Below, piece after piece: positions 26,974-40,140 of a stretch of DNA of 64,000 bases (positions are counted from its first letter, which is position 1; each line of letters begins with the position of its first letter). The DNA comes from Octopus sinensis (Eukaryota): assembly GCF_006345805.1 (NCBI RefSeq), contig NC_042997.1, positions 53,010,001 to 53,074,000 of the forward strand, read 5' to 3'. The position numbers were made by a program, and so were the translations under genes. Below the pieces are notes generated by a model. The model made no database searches. It was not told the DNA's origin and was given only the letters and a program-made list of their open reading frames with translations.

Positions 26974-28007
26974 GGGGTAAGGGCTAAAATATAATAGTCT
27001 TTATCTGAGATACCTTTGTGCCACCTCTTGTATTATGTTTGTACTACAATACCTCATGTATATGGAGATAATTACTTATAAGTTTAGGCTGTGTAAATGC
27101 AAAGTGTTTTTTGGTGGGGTGCTGGTTATGATTTATAAATGTGTGTGTCAGAGAGAGAGAGAATTCTGAATGATATGTCTTCATAAGCATAGCAAATAAA
27201 TTCAAGAATATTATCTAATGAGAAGATTATGTTAAAGGTATACATATCTATGGAATACTCAATTACTTATACCATAATTACAATGAATCTACTGACAGAA
27301 ATCAGTTCGCATATCCCTTGTTTACTGAGCAAACATTTTGCTTTTGTGTGTCAATTCAAACAAGCATATGTAAATAGGGAAGTTCTAATTGCCAAATATA
27401 AATTTTACTGATTACAGTGAAACTTCCTGAATTTGTTCCAAGGTATTGCAAAATAAATGAAAAAAATCAACTTTGTTTAGTAAAATGCATGAACAAAGAA
27501 CTGTTAGCTGTAAGTTGATGCTAAATTACAAACCCTGTATTGAAGAAGGCAAAATAAATGTTTAAAAAATTATAACCCATGTAGGAAAGGGACAGAAAGC
27601 TCATCTCTAAAATTATTTGTAGTTATTCATCATACCTTTACATCTGCCTTCAATACTGGCATGGATTGGATGGGCTGTCAATGTCTGAGTCAGGTCTTAT
27701 TCAGAGTTACTGCATTCCCAGACAGCTGGAGGTTCATGTTTTGCTCATCCTCAAATGGAAAATGGCCTGTAAGGAAAAAAAAAAACAGTGTGATTAAGCA
27801 AGCTTCAAAATGAATTTTCTGTAAATATCTTTAATGACTTTTCCTTCATCTCCCTGAAAAAGTTATAAAATACATAATCATATAGGAAGGTTTTGCTAGA
27901 TGACCTTTAGGTACCATCTGAATTGCAAGGGAATTTCATGGCTGTGTGATTAGTAAGCTTACTTTGCACCCACATAGCATCAGAAATTGTGAGGAAACCT
28001 ATTACTG

Positions 28008-28038
<31 letters not shown>

Positions 28039-28045
28039 GAGAAAG

Positions 28046-28292
28046 CGTTTGGCCTAGTGGTTAGAGTGTTGCACTCACAATTGCTAGATTGTGGGTTCAA
28101 TTCCCAGACTGGGCGCAACATTGTGTTCTTGAGCAAAACACTTCACATTGCTCCAGTACCCCTTTCCATCAGCGGGGAATATTTGCCTGCTCACCTAGCC
28201 AGTGGGGCAAGCATCATTCAAAAACCAAAATGATGCAGAGCACATTGTGACTAGTGATGTGTAACAACATCTGATAGTCTGGTCAGCCATGT
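28046..28292 (+). mobile_element. SINE family C
   Basis: TGGCCTAGTGGTTAGAGTG...GGTTCAATTCCC...TGTGTTCTTGAGCAAAACACTT. Confidence 0.75.
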
Positions 28293-29079
28293 GACACACA
28301 CACACACACACACACACATATAGTATAGTATATTATATTGAGTGTGTGTTGTGTGTATCTTTGTTTGTATTATGTTTGTCCCCCCCCACCCACCCAACAT
28401 GTGACAACTAGTATGGTCCTATGTCCTTATACTTTAGCAGTTCAGCAAAAAGAGACCAATAGAATAAATACCAGACTTAAAAATAAGTACTGGAGTCAAT
28501 TTTTTCTGTAAAATCCTTCAAGGCAGTGCCCTAGCGTGGCCACTATCTGAAACAAATAAAAGATAAAGAAGATATAGAAATTATCTTGAATAATAAAAGA
28601 GAGACTACTCGGCAAGTACTTTGTACAGGGAGATTCATACTGTGATACCGACACTGGATTAACTGACTTGGAGAAACGCACGTTCTGTTGCAAAGTGTAT
28701 GATATTACTCACACTATTAGTAGCTCTCACCCCCACCAAAAAAAACAAAAACATTGACTTCATTTGTATATATGCTTTGATACTGCAAAAACAACATATA
28801 ATGTTATTCAGAGGAAGAAACAACCTGTTAAAAAGAACACACAGAATGTATTTGTAATTTTAAAAGTGCAAGATATTTGTGGATCATCCCTATAAATACA
28901 TTTACTTAATGTAAACACAACAGACCTGTTTTCTATAACTTGTGTACTATTGTAGATGTTGAGTTTTCCCAGCAGGTATAAAATGTTTTGTCAAAAGTTT
29001 CAGAGAAGGTGAATACCTAGAGTGAAAGAAAAAAACTAAAACATTTGTTTTCTAATTATAGGTTATTGTTACCGCTTGT

Positions 29080-29290
29080 TGCTGTTTAGCCCCAGGTCAA
29101 CCCTAATTGAGTAGACCTATGAGTAGAGGCATTCCACTCGTGCCCATCTATCTTTTTTGCTTTTTCCTCCAAACATAATGCATAGTACATCTATGACTAC
29201 AGTGTCCTTTGCTTTTTAAATGAATAGGATATGATTTGAGAGATATTTGATTGCTATTTCTCACAAGTTGAGTGACTGCACAGCAACTTC
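29080..29290. repeat. Interspersed repeat family D (also ~2920-3575 split, 5000-5190, 11745-11920, 14295-14450, 18175-18320, 25230-25430)
   Basis: Shared motifs TGTTTAGCCC..., GGCATTCCA..., GCTATTTCTAGCAGGTCGAGTG(A/G)CCATG in several copies on both strands. Confidence 0.65.
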
Positions 29291-30199
29291 ATAAGCTTAT
29301 ATCATGATATGCACTCTTTGTAAATTACTATATCAGCATAAAATGACAGTCTGAATCATTTTCACTTGGCCATGAAACAAAATGCTTATATAGCAATTTA
29401 TATGGGTTTCTTTCAAAATGAATGTAAATAATTGACCCTTATTCTACTTATGCAAGTAACCTGTGAAATAATACGTGATGTACTTAGGGTATCTCTACAA
29501 AGTTGATCAGCTTGCTGAAAAAGCTGGTTGAATACTTGCAACAGGGTAGATTCTGCTAAAGGTATCCAAGGTGCCAGATGGTCATTTTGAACAAGACAAT
29601 AGATTAAATAGGCCGTTGTGGGATTTGAACTCAGAATGCAAAGAGCCAGAACAAATATGACAAGACATCTGAACCAATGTTCTTAAAGTTCTGTCAATCC
29701 ATTGCTTTTGATTAGTACTATTTTATCAATGCTGAAAACATGAAAGACAAAGTCAACCTTGGTGGAATTTGAACTTAGATCCTAGGGAGTCAGAACAAAT
29801 ACTGCAAAGCATTCTGTATGATGCTTTAATGAATCTGTCAATTTGATCCGTAGTTAAACATGGTGGTTAGTGTAGGACCGGAGGGAGTTGAAGTAGGACA
29901 CAGTATGGTTGATGAAAAGAGAGACAAACGAGTGCAGTGGGCCTTGTTAGTGGTAGAGGAATGAGATTGGCAATATACATTTAAAGTGACAAAAGTACAC
30001 ACTGAACTGTTCTGATTGTCTCATACCTGAGATGTTTATTAGTTCTATCAATTTGATAGATTCCTTTTAAAAATGATGCCCAAATGTTACACATGCCTGC
30101 TGTGGGTACTACTACTACTACTGCATAAAAACGCCTTGTGTTTGTACACACACATACACACACACTGGTTGATTCCTATTGGCTGAAAACAAGATTTTA

Positions 30200-30220
30200 T
30201 TATTGTTATTATTATTATTG

Positions 30221-30270
<50 letters not shown>
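30200..30270. repeat. (ATT)n microsatellite
   Basis: Direct reading. Confidence 0.95.
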
Positions 30271-30271
<1 letters not shown>

Positions 30272-33189
30272 TCTACTCTATTGTTACACTCTTATTTCAG
30301 CTGCTTCCCGCCTCCACCCTCATTCGAACCCTACCCACCTTGTTTATAGTATTTCTCTCTTACATCCCTCCCTCATGACCCACTCCTAATCTTTAATTAA
30401 TCTTTCAATGAATTTAAAGAACAGTAGGCTGGTCTTGGAGGTGGAACCCTTGCTGAGTAGGAGAGAGCAAGACAAATAAATCTTGCCCTACCCTATGCTT
30501 CAATGGGTATAACAGTATAATGACACACACATGAAGATATTTTTTCACAGCAGTAACAACAACAAAACAAAAAGAAGACCCTCAAAGATATACAGATGTT
30601 GTATACTATATATAAATGTATGTAAATGCTGTATGTATCATATAGCATACTAAACACCAATTATACATAATATCTCTGCAGTTACCATGATACAATATAT
30701 AGTTTAACAATACAGTAAATTTATCTATTTTTTTTAATCAAAGGATATATTTTATGTATCTACATGCAACCGTATCTTTTTTCCTCTTTTCTCCACTCAT
30801 TCTGCAACCATTTTTTAAAACTAATTCTCTTTATATTTTTTCCCTCATTGTCACCCTTTCTTTAATGTGTAAGTGCTCAAATTGCCAACACTATTTTGTA
30901 ATTTTCTTTTGGATACAATCTTTTAAAACCATTTTTGTTTTTTTTTTTTGTTTTTTTTGTTTCCATTGCTGCTTCATGGCTACTGTTAAGCATTTATTCT
31001 GTAGAAAAGCTTCCCCTATTTTTATCTAGCATTAAATATTCAAACCTGATAGCCACTAACAGTAAGTTCCATCAACTATCAAATGTCCCTATTAACTGAA
31101 AATGTATATGATGGATGTTGCTGTTAAAAGAAATGAGATAAATTTTCATTTTGTTTTATTTTTAAAGCAAAGCCAATTATAGAATTTTTGTCTGTTTGTA
31201 TGTTTGAATCTCTATTGTTATTTGAAAATATTCTGAGTAAATGAGTTGATTTGTTAACATGAAATAGGCTGCAAGTACATTCTCTTTGATGAGAACATAG
31301 AAATACAAAATATCCGTACATGTATGTGTGTGCATGCGTGTGTGTGTGTGTGTGTGCATATTATGATATTTTTGTATCTGTTTTTATATTCACTTGCGCA
31401 TAATGGGTGATATTTTTATCAAGTCTATTGTGATATATTGGTTAAAAACAATCCTTTCACTAAAAAAGAAAGAAAAAGAAAAATACTGTAGACTCTAATG
31501 AATCATAAAATTTGATTGAATCAAATGCATAATGTTTATATTTATAGAAATATATACATTTTCTCCAGTTCTAAATATATAAGAACTATTGAATCCTACT
31601 GAAACTATCTTTTTATCATAATCATCATCACTACCACCAGATGAAACAACCTCTTCCCATGTTTGTATAAGTTGGGTGAATTTTCGCTACAGCAGATTTT
31701 TTACATTTTGATGTTGTTCTATTAGTAATTAGTAGTCAAATAAATGTACTTTCTGTAATGTTCATGAACAGATTAAAGTATTAATGATTTCATTGACAAA
31801 TGTTATTAAATTAGTATTATTATACTCTATATCAAATTACTATATGTGTGTGTCTGTATGCATGTTTGTACATATCCCCCCACACACACACATACATGTA
31901 TACACCCAAGAAAAATACAGAGAGAGAGAAAAAGAGAGAGAATATCCAGTAATTTTTGCAAAACACACAACTGCAAAGAATTGGAAAATGTGATAAGAAC
32001 ATGATGGAAGCTCAGTAAAAATGTGTTATTAGTTAGCTGGTGATATTAGTCTTAGCAAAAGTAGGCTAAAGACTTTGGTGTAAGAAAGCTGTTTGTGATA
32101 TAAGAAGAGATTTGGGCTTTACACGAGAAATATCAAAGGGAAAAACTGGATGCAGACATTTATGTATTTATACTTGTCTAAATAAATCCACATAAATGTA
32201 TTAATGCAAGCCTTTATATGTTAATACAATATTTTCTTTCATGATAAAAGATAATATTGAATAATTTTCCAGAGATATTTAACTGAACTGATAATTGTTA
32301 GCCTCATACCAAGTTGTTTTCTGTGAAAGAACTATTATTTTTATTTTGCTGTTATTTACAATAACATTATTTGTTATTAGTGGATGATATCGCCTTGTAA
32401 AAAAAAATAATAATAAATAAATAATAATTAATCTTAAGTAGGTCTCTGCTTAAATTTTATTTCAACAAAGTTCTCAGTCTGTAAAATGTCTTAAACTTAA
32501 TGGCTGACTGATTCAGTTGGCAGATATCGTTGATAAAACATGTTATCAGGTTACTGCCTCACTATAATATTGTAGATAATATACTTCTTACATAAAATGA
32601 TTTACTGTGTAAACTGATATTGTTTTTGTCATTCCATGCAGTATGTGCAAATATTGTTTATAGGATATGAAAATTACTGATACAGCTAATATATGTTTCA
32701 TAGACTTTACAATGAACCCTTATCATAATTGCCAAGTATCTTTTCAAATTAAAAGAAATTTTTAAATTTTATTTAGTATCTTACAAGTAACATAAGAATC
32801 ATATCTACTTTGTTGTTTAGTTTAACCTAAGCTAGCCTTGGTCAAGTGAAGTTAAGTTCAAAGGCATTCCAACATTTAGTCTCATAAAAATATCTGGAAC
32901 CCAATCCTTTCTGTTCTGCCAAAGCGGTGGGGTTTATGTTGTTGAACTTGAGCTTCATCAAGTTGATGACTTGGGAAAAACATGGAGTGGGAAAGAAGTT
33001 CATACTCCATGAATGTAGTTTTAGGAGGAAAAGATGCAAGGATTAAGAAAAACATTTAGTACAGAGTTCACGCCATTGCAAGTATTCAGAACCCCTGTTC
33101 CATCCTCATCCACATTCTACTTTTGGTATTGATCAGAAGATATTCAGTCTAGGGATCACTTGTGTTGGTCTCACCAGTCTAGGAGGGCT

Positions 33190-33673
33190 TACAAACAATC
33201 AATGCTCAAGTCTACTGTCAGCAATTAGAGCGTTTGAACCAAGCTTTGAAGAAAAAAGACCTGCTATAGTGAATTGAAAATGAGTGGTGTTTCATCATTA
33301 GGACAATGTGCGACACCACACTGCAAAGATCACATCACAGAAGATCGAAGAGCCTGGTTGGGAAAAAATTCCTCATCCACCTTATTCTCCCAACCTTGTT
33401 CCTTCAGCCTACCATTTGTTTCATAGTTTACAGAATCATTAGGGGGGCATAACTTTCACAAGCCAGGAGGAGGTCGAAACTGACATTTCAGAGTTCTTCG
33501 CTTTGAAACCAAAAGAGTTTTACATTGATGGGATTAAAAAGCTTGTAAATAGATGGAAGGAAGTCATAGATAATCAGGGAAAATATATTGATGATTAAAT
33601 TTCAATTAGATATAACATTTGATCACTTGTTTTCTTTATTCAAAATTTGGACAGAACTTATGGGTTGACCTGA
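33190..33673 (+). mobile_element. Mariner 3' fragment with terminal TIR
   Basis: QTINAQVYCQQLERL...DNVRHH...PHPPYSPNLVPSAYHLFHSLQNH...RWKEVIDNQGKYIDD*. Ends AACTTATGGGTTGACCTGA|TA. Confidence 0.9.
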
Positions 33674-35674
33674 TATATCCAGTCTTTCTGATGGTTTATT
33701 GCTTAACAATACTCAAAGATAAAGGCACAAATACAAAAACACATCCTTGTATATACAGTGACAGTTTATTTTTATGTTTATCATCATTTTACAGTTGTCT
33801 CTTTTTTTAATACTGGCATGGTGTTGGATAGGTCACAACAGTTTGTGTCAACTTGTTCACACAGCAACAGAGGGGAAAAAAAGTCTTGTGTATGTTTTAG
33901 GTGCAGGAGAACTAACAAGTCTCTTTTAGATGCAGGACAACTAACAAGTCTTTTTATTCAAATTTACTGCCTTCCTAGGTTGGTAGCTTATGATATGGCT
34001 TACAGAATCTACATCTTGCTTTTATGTTCCATTTTTAGCATGATTTCTGTTGCTGGATGTCTTTTTTTATCACCAGCCATTTTGCAGAGTGTATTGGGTG
34101 CATTTTATTGTGCTACAGGCGCAAGAGAGATTATTTTATATAAAGGATACTAAAGAGCTCACTTTACTGTCAGTTGTTATTCAGAGTTACTGCTCTCCTT
34201 GACAGAATATATGTATTCACAAGGGAATAATATTAATTTCGTATATGGCTAAGCTTGGTTTAGTGATATTTTGTTAAAATTTTTTTTTTCAATTAGTTGT
34301 AATTCTTTTTTCACTATGTCCATAACTGAATTAGATTCTCAATCTCACAGAAATTATACAACAGACCCCTCTTCTTCAGTGATGCATTGCGACAGTGTAA
34401 AAGCCATTCAGATGGATGGGTAATAGCGCATGACAATCACAATAAAATATTTCTAATTGAGTGGTCATAATGTGAATCCTTCTGGATCTATTTGTCACAG
34501 AGGGGAAGATTGCTGATGCAATTTTGCCTAGTGACAGTGTAAAATAAATGATTCCTAAAGGAATAACATTTTGTTTAGTGGTTGTTCAATTGTAATCAGA
34601 GTCATCGTAGGTGGGAGTATATGTCATGTACAGATGAGCTATATGTTAAAAAAAAAACAAAAGAAAAATGAATTTGCTTATTTTTATCTCGGATGAAATA
34701 TCTTTCTCTCAAACACCATACTGAGATGGAAATTGCAAGACGGTTTTAGACAGTATAAATAGGGAAAAAATATAAGAAAAGAAAAATATGAGTTGAGAAT
34801 TTAATATTTCACCCGGTCTCAAATTGTGGTCTTGACAACACTGCATTGTTGTTTAGATATTGTTTTTTGAAAGAAGATGAAATAAACAAGCAAATAATAT
34901 TGACACCTAATTATTTGACATCACTGACAGCAGTGCTTATAAAGCATGACCTACATCAAGGCTGCTACCTGTCATCATCAGTATTGATAGCGTTATTATA
35001 ATAAATATTTCTTTCCATGGTAGTTTGAAACCCAACATTTTCAGTTCAACTCAAGTCGATTCTAACATATTTCACTCATTCACATTACAGGTTTATATCA
35101 GTATAATTATGCATCTAAATTCTTTTTGAATTTCTAGATTGTTATAGGATACTGCTTTAACAAAAGATACAATGTGTTATCAAGTGAAGCCTGTTGAGAG
35201 AATTACATTTCAATTTAAACTACAGAAGACTTGCTTAAAAATAACTAATCAGTAAGTGGATAAATAAGGGAACACAGCACAACCATACTGTAGTCTGCAT
35301 TTAAGAGAAAACCATCTGACAGCTTGGCAAAGAATCTTCAATACACTACAACTTGTGGCCCACAGATGCACTGTTTCTTCACTCTGCTTATTCTTTCATA
35401 TAATCAAGTGCAGTTGTAAACACACAGAGGAGCACACATACATGCATACACATAAATGCAGGTATGGCTGTTTTGCTAAGAAGTCTGATTCTCCGCTATG
35501 TGGTTTGGGATTCAATCCCACTAAGCAGCACCTTAGACAAGTGTCTTCTACCATAGTCTTGAGATGACCAAAGCTTTGTGAGAAGCTCATTGTGTGTGTG
35601 TGTTTTGTTTTAACTTGCCATGAAATGTTGTGAAGATAGTCTTATGTTATGGCACAATTTTATTTTTATATATA

Positions 35675-36161
35675 TCATCATCATCATCATCATTTAACGT
35701 CTGTTTTCCATGCTAGCATGGGCTGGACAGTTCGATTGGGGTCTGGGAAGTCAGGAGGCTGTACCAGGCTCCAGTCTGATCTGGCAGTGTTTCTACAGCT
35801 GGATGCCAACCACTCTGTGAGTGTAGTGGGTGCTTTTTATATGCCACCGGCACAGGGGCCAGAGGAAGCTGGCAAATGGTCACAATTGGTTGGTGCTTTT
35901 ATGTGTCACCAACACAGACGCCAGTCAGGCGGCGCTGGCATCAGCCACACTTGGACGGTGCTTTTTACATGTCACCGGCATGGGTATCTTAACTACAATT
36001 TCCATTTGATTTCTATTTTTATCTTTATCATCATCATCATCATCGTTTAACGTCCGCTTTCTATGCTGGCATGGGTTAGACGATTTTGACTAAGGGCTGG
36101 TGAACCAGATGGTTGCACCAGGCTCCAGTCTTGATTTGGCAGAGTTTCTACAGCTGGATGC
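35675..36161 (-). mobile_element. Two tandem RTE 3'-end derived repeats (minus strand)
   Basis: (CAT)n tails at ~35675 and ~36028, each followed by the reverse complement of the RTE 3' UTR. Confidence 0.88.
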
Positions 36162-36205
36162 CTGTAGAAACTCTGCCAAATCAAGACTGTATATATATAT
36201 ATATA

Positions 36206-36693
36206 CAGTAATCCCTCGACTATCGTGGGTATTACATTCCAAAACCCTCTGTGATAGGTGAAAATCTGCAAAGTAGAATCAGTACTGTACTGTATATTTT
36301 TAAAAATTATTTTTATAATTTGTATATATTTTATTGTAAATGCAAAACAATACCACACACTCGCCTCCCAAGTTTTGTTTTCCATACAGTATGTGCAATT
36401 CTTTGTTTACTCATTTACAGAGTACACTACATATTTTCTTTTGATATATTCTAATTAATGTGTCATACAGTGCAGTACTGTACTGTATTTTTATTTATTA
36501 ATTTATTAATTATTAGGCGTGAAAATGCTTATTCTACCACAGAAATAATTAAAATCTAAAAAAATATGAATACCTATCGGCCACAGAAACCCATGATATA
36601 CTGAGGAGTCTGTGATATAAATTTACATATATTAGCCAGAAAAATCTGCGATGTACTGAGGGTGTGATAGGTGAACCACAATATGGCACGTGA

Positions 36694-36699
<6 letters not shown>
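36206..36699. mobile_element. Tigger/pogo-like MITE
   Basis: TA|CAGTAATCCCTCGACTATCG start, degenerate reciprocal end, internal subterminal repeats GTGATAGGTGAA. Confidence 0.65.
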
Positions 36700-36747
<48 letters not shown>

Positions 36748-36757
36748 CATATATATA

Positions 36758-36990
36758 TATTTCTTTACTACCCACAAGGGGCTAAACACAGAGGGGACAA
36801 ACAAGGACAGACAAACGGATTAAGTCGATTACATCAACCCCAGTGCGTAACTGGTACTTAATTTATCGACCCCGAAAGGATGAAAGGCAAAGTCGACCTC
36901 GGCGGAATTTGAACCCAGAACGTAACGGCAGACGAAATACGGCTACGCATTTCGCCCAGCGTGCTAACGTTTCTGTCAGCTCGCCGCCTT
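36758..36990 (-). mobile_element. SINE family B, young full-length copy
   Basis: CpG-rich. Reverse complement reads AAGGCGGCGAGCTGACAGAAACGTTAGC...GGTTCAAATTCCGCCGAGGTCGACTTTGCCTTTCATCCTTTCGGGGTCGATAAATTAAGTACC. Confidence 0.92.
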
Positions 36991-37406
36991 TTATACATAT
37001 ATATGTATACTCGCCGTGTATACATATATATAGGTGTGTGTGTGTGTGTATTTTTTATGTATATTTTATATATGTGTGATGGATGATGTAGTGTTGGTTA
37101 TGTAACTAACATGGATTATAAAATGGCTGTCAACAAATTGAATAAACATCTGTTCTTTCATTCTACTTATTTGATAAATTTTTACTCACACACACACAAG
37201 CAAGTGTTACCTGTTATATGATAGCTAACTTTGGAAGTATACTTTTGCCACCATGGTTGACATCAGAAAATACAGCATATGTACAATAATTTCTTGGTGC
37301 TTGTACAAAATGATGAAGTGAATTCTAACTTTCAAGCAGAAACTATTACCATAAAATAAAATAAATTTCGTATTTGTATAATTCTTACCATAACTACTCT
37401 GTCATT

Positions 37407-37408
<2 letters not shown>

Positions 37409-37454
<46 letters not shown>
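37409..37454. repeat. (CT)n microsatellite
   Basis: Direct reading. Confidence 0.95.
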
Positions 37455-37457
<3 letters not shown>

Positions 37458-37914
37458 TCTTTTTCTTCCTTCATCCTGTACCTCTGTTAACTCTCTCTCT
37501 CTCTCTTTCCCTCTTTCTATGTGATTTTTCCAGTCATGCTGGAGAAATCAACAAACAAGTTAACATTTATATCAACTATTATGATATGAATGTGTGTGTG
37601 TGTGTGTAATATCTCTTTCTCTTGAGATTGAATGTTTATTGTAAATGAATCTTATCATTTGCTTGCTGTGTTCTTTGAAACCACGCTTAACCATTGTATT
37701 GTTCAAATTCAAAGGACTAGGAAAAATATTAACCTTACTTGTAAATAGGCGATGGTTGGCAACAAGAAGGGCATTTGGTTATAGAATTTCTGCCTCATTG
37801 AATTTTTTCTGACCTATGCCAGTGTAGGAAAGTGAACATTATGATGATAATGGTGTAATATAGATACATTAGGCTTCTTTTCAATCTCTCTCTCTTTTCC
37901 TCTGCATGCTCATG

Positions 37915-37947
<33 letters not shown>

Positions 37948-38545
37948 GCATACACACACACACACACACACAGAGGTTTACTTTTTAAATATAACTACTA
38001 GTGAAAATGATGATGATGAATCACTGAAGTTAAAAGGCAAACTACTTGAAAAATTATTAGATGAGACAATATTACCTTCAGCTGAGCACACGAAGTATCG
38101 ATCCAATATATTAAGATGAAATATTTTTATTAAAAGAATGGATAAAATTTTAAAACAGTTAGATTTGCAAAAGTTGCATATTTGCAAATTTGTGCTAAGT
38201 GTTTGTAAATACAGACATCCTGTTAGTAAAAAGCATCAATCTGTCAAATTGAAAATGGAATCTTTTCTATGGTGGATGTTTTCAGTGGTAGTGGTTGGTG
38301 GTTTCCTATATGCTGAAGAAAAGGGTGAAGTGAGATAATATAGTTGGAAAGTGTTGGTATGAGAGAAAACGTAAAAAAATAAATGAACAAGCAAAACAAG
38401 GAAACAAAAACCTTATGTGGCAGTGGGTAGCTGATTTTGTTCTAGGTCAGTAGATCTACAAAATGACAACAGGCAGTCAGTGTATAAGGAAAGAGTAGAA
38501 ACATGAATTCTTAAAGACAAGGTCTAATAAGATTGAAAGGATTTT

Positions 38546-38584
<39 letters not shown>

Positions 38585-39800
38585 AAATAAAAGAAGTAAT
38601 CTAGAAACTTTTCCTACTAGAGACTCTCCTAAAACATTGTTCAGATTATATAGCAGTTCTTTTTGTTAGTACCTACGTTTCAACTTATTATATACACACT
38701 GTAAGAAAAAAAAGTAAAATTGTGTGTATGTGTGTGTGTGCATGCACATGTGTTTGTGTCTTTCCCCTGTCTGATAAATGAATTGAGTTTGAAGAGAGAA
38801 GTAATACAAACAAAAGAAAAACAATGAAAGAAAACACAAAAAGAAGAAAGGAACAGGGTATTAGGAAGATATGAAAGAAGGCTTGCAATACATTTATCTT
38901 AATTTTGTTTCCGACTTTTAGTATGGGAGCCATTAAACATACTGTTTAGTTATCTCCTTCTCATCATTTTAATGTCCATTGTCCAAGCTGGCATTTGTTT
39001 CATTATCTTAATGATGTACCAGCTATTGGTAGGGTTCACTAACTTCCCAATGTTACATGTTATGGTACAGTACATTTCACTATCATCTCAATTTTACCTG
39101 GTCCTTAGTTATTTCCATCTTCAGTACAAAAAAAAAAAGCAAAAAAAACAGGCTTAGCTAATTTGTTCTAGTTTGAGAATAAATTACTTTTGCACATTAT
39201 CTGCTTTAAAAATAACTAAGTTTGTTGTTAGTAATGCAGAAAGTGTTAGAAAGCTTACTAGGAAAAAAATGTGGTGAGGAAAAATTAATTTTAATCATTA
39301 ATTGTCATAAATATTGACTCTTTTGACAAGTAAGTCTCCCATACTTACTGAAAGAATCTAATGAACTGTACGAATATGTACACTTGTAGGCGTAGAAAGA
39401 TATTCACAGGATAAATTATTCTTAGGTGCCATCAACATGAAACAACTCACTCCACCAAGAAAATAAATTAGTCAATGACTAATATTTTCTTTGTATAATC
39501 TTTTGACACATTGAATACACTAAGACTAACTCAGATGTTATTTTGTTCTGAGATTTTTACTATATCTTTGTCATTGGTTCCTGTAGAATTGATAGAGAAT
39601 CAATCAAATGCCTTGCAGTATTTGGTCAAACCTTCATGTCTTGAGTTCAAATCTCATTAGGTTCACGTTTGCATTGTATTCTCGTTCTAGGGTCTGTTTC
39701 TCTCCCCCCTTCTCTCACTCACACACACACACACACAGCTGATTTGTGCTTAATTATTGCCACTACAAGAAAAGGATTGAATTAGCAGTTACTAGTTTGT

Positions 39801-40140
39801 CATCCTGAGATGTCTGCGTTGGCAAGGTCATGCCCTCCATCGTCAACCAGGAGAATTCATCTACGAAGCAATTGCCCCAGCTCCCCTTCAGGGTTGGCGA
39901 AAGCGATGTGGTGGACAATGAAAAACCTGGCTGATGACAATCAAGGCTGATCTGGAACCCAACCTAAGCCCCCGTATCTACGGCGGCTGCTGGAATAAGG
40001 AGTGGTTGGAGATCACGAAGTCGTTTGCCTCAAATCGCCAGGTCTGGTCAGCGTTTGTGAGAGATGTCAGCATTGAGGATGAATAAAGCCAGCTCAACCC
40101 ACCCCGGGTGAATGCTATCTCAAGACAAGACAAGACAATG
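39801..40140 (+). mobile_element. 5'-truncated RTE-clade LINE with TSD and (CAAGA)n tail
   Basis: Translates CLRWQGHALHR...GWRKRCGGQ*KTWLMTIKADL...EWLEITKSFASNRQVWSAFV. TSD ACTAGTTTGT at 39791-39800 and 40141-40150. Confidence 0.88.

Larger units (their letters stand above)
26156..26988. mobile_element. piggyBac-type MITE (family P1) split by two nested retroelement insertions
   Basis: Starts TTAACCCTTT and ends AAGGGCTAA. Segments 26156-26320 and 26613-26658 match the intact copies at 62569-62797 (reverse) and 56420-56602. Confidence 0.7.

Noticed and set aside
27690-27790. Minus-strand acceptor followed by GHFPFEDEQ (kinase-like GxFPF)
   Set aside because: The frame stops after ~25 codons, there is no good donor, and part of it recurs at ~34178, indicating a repeat.
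28046-28115. tRNA gene
   Set aside because: A/B boxes continue directly into a SINE body; no complete cloverleaf.
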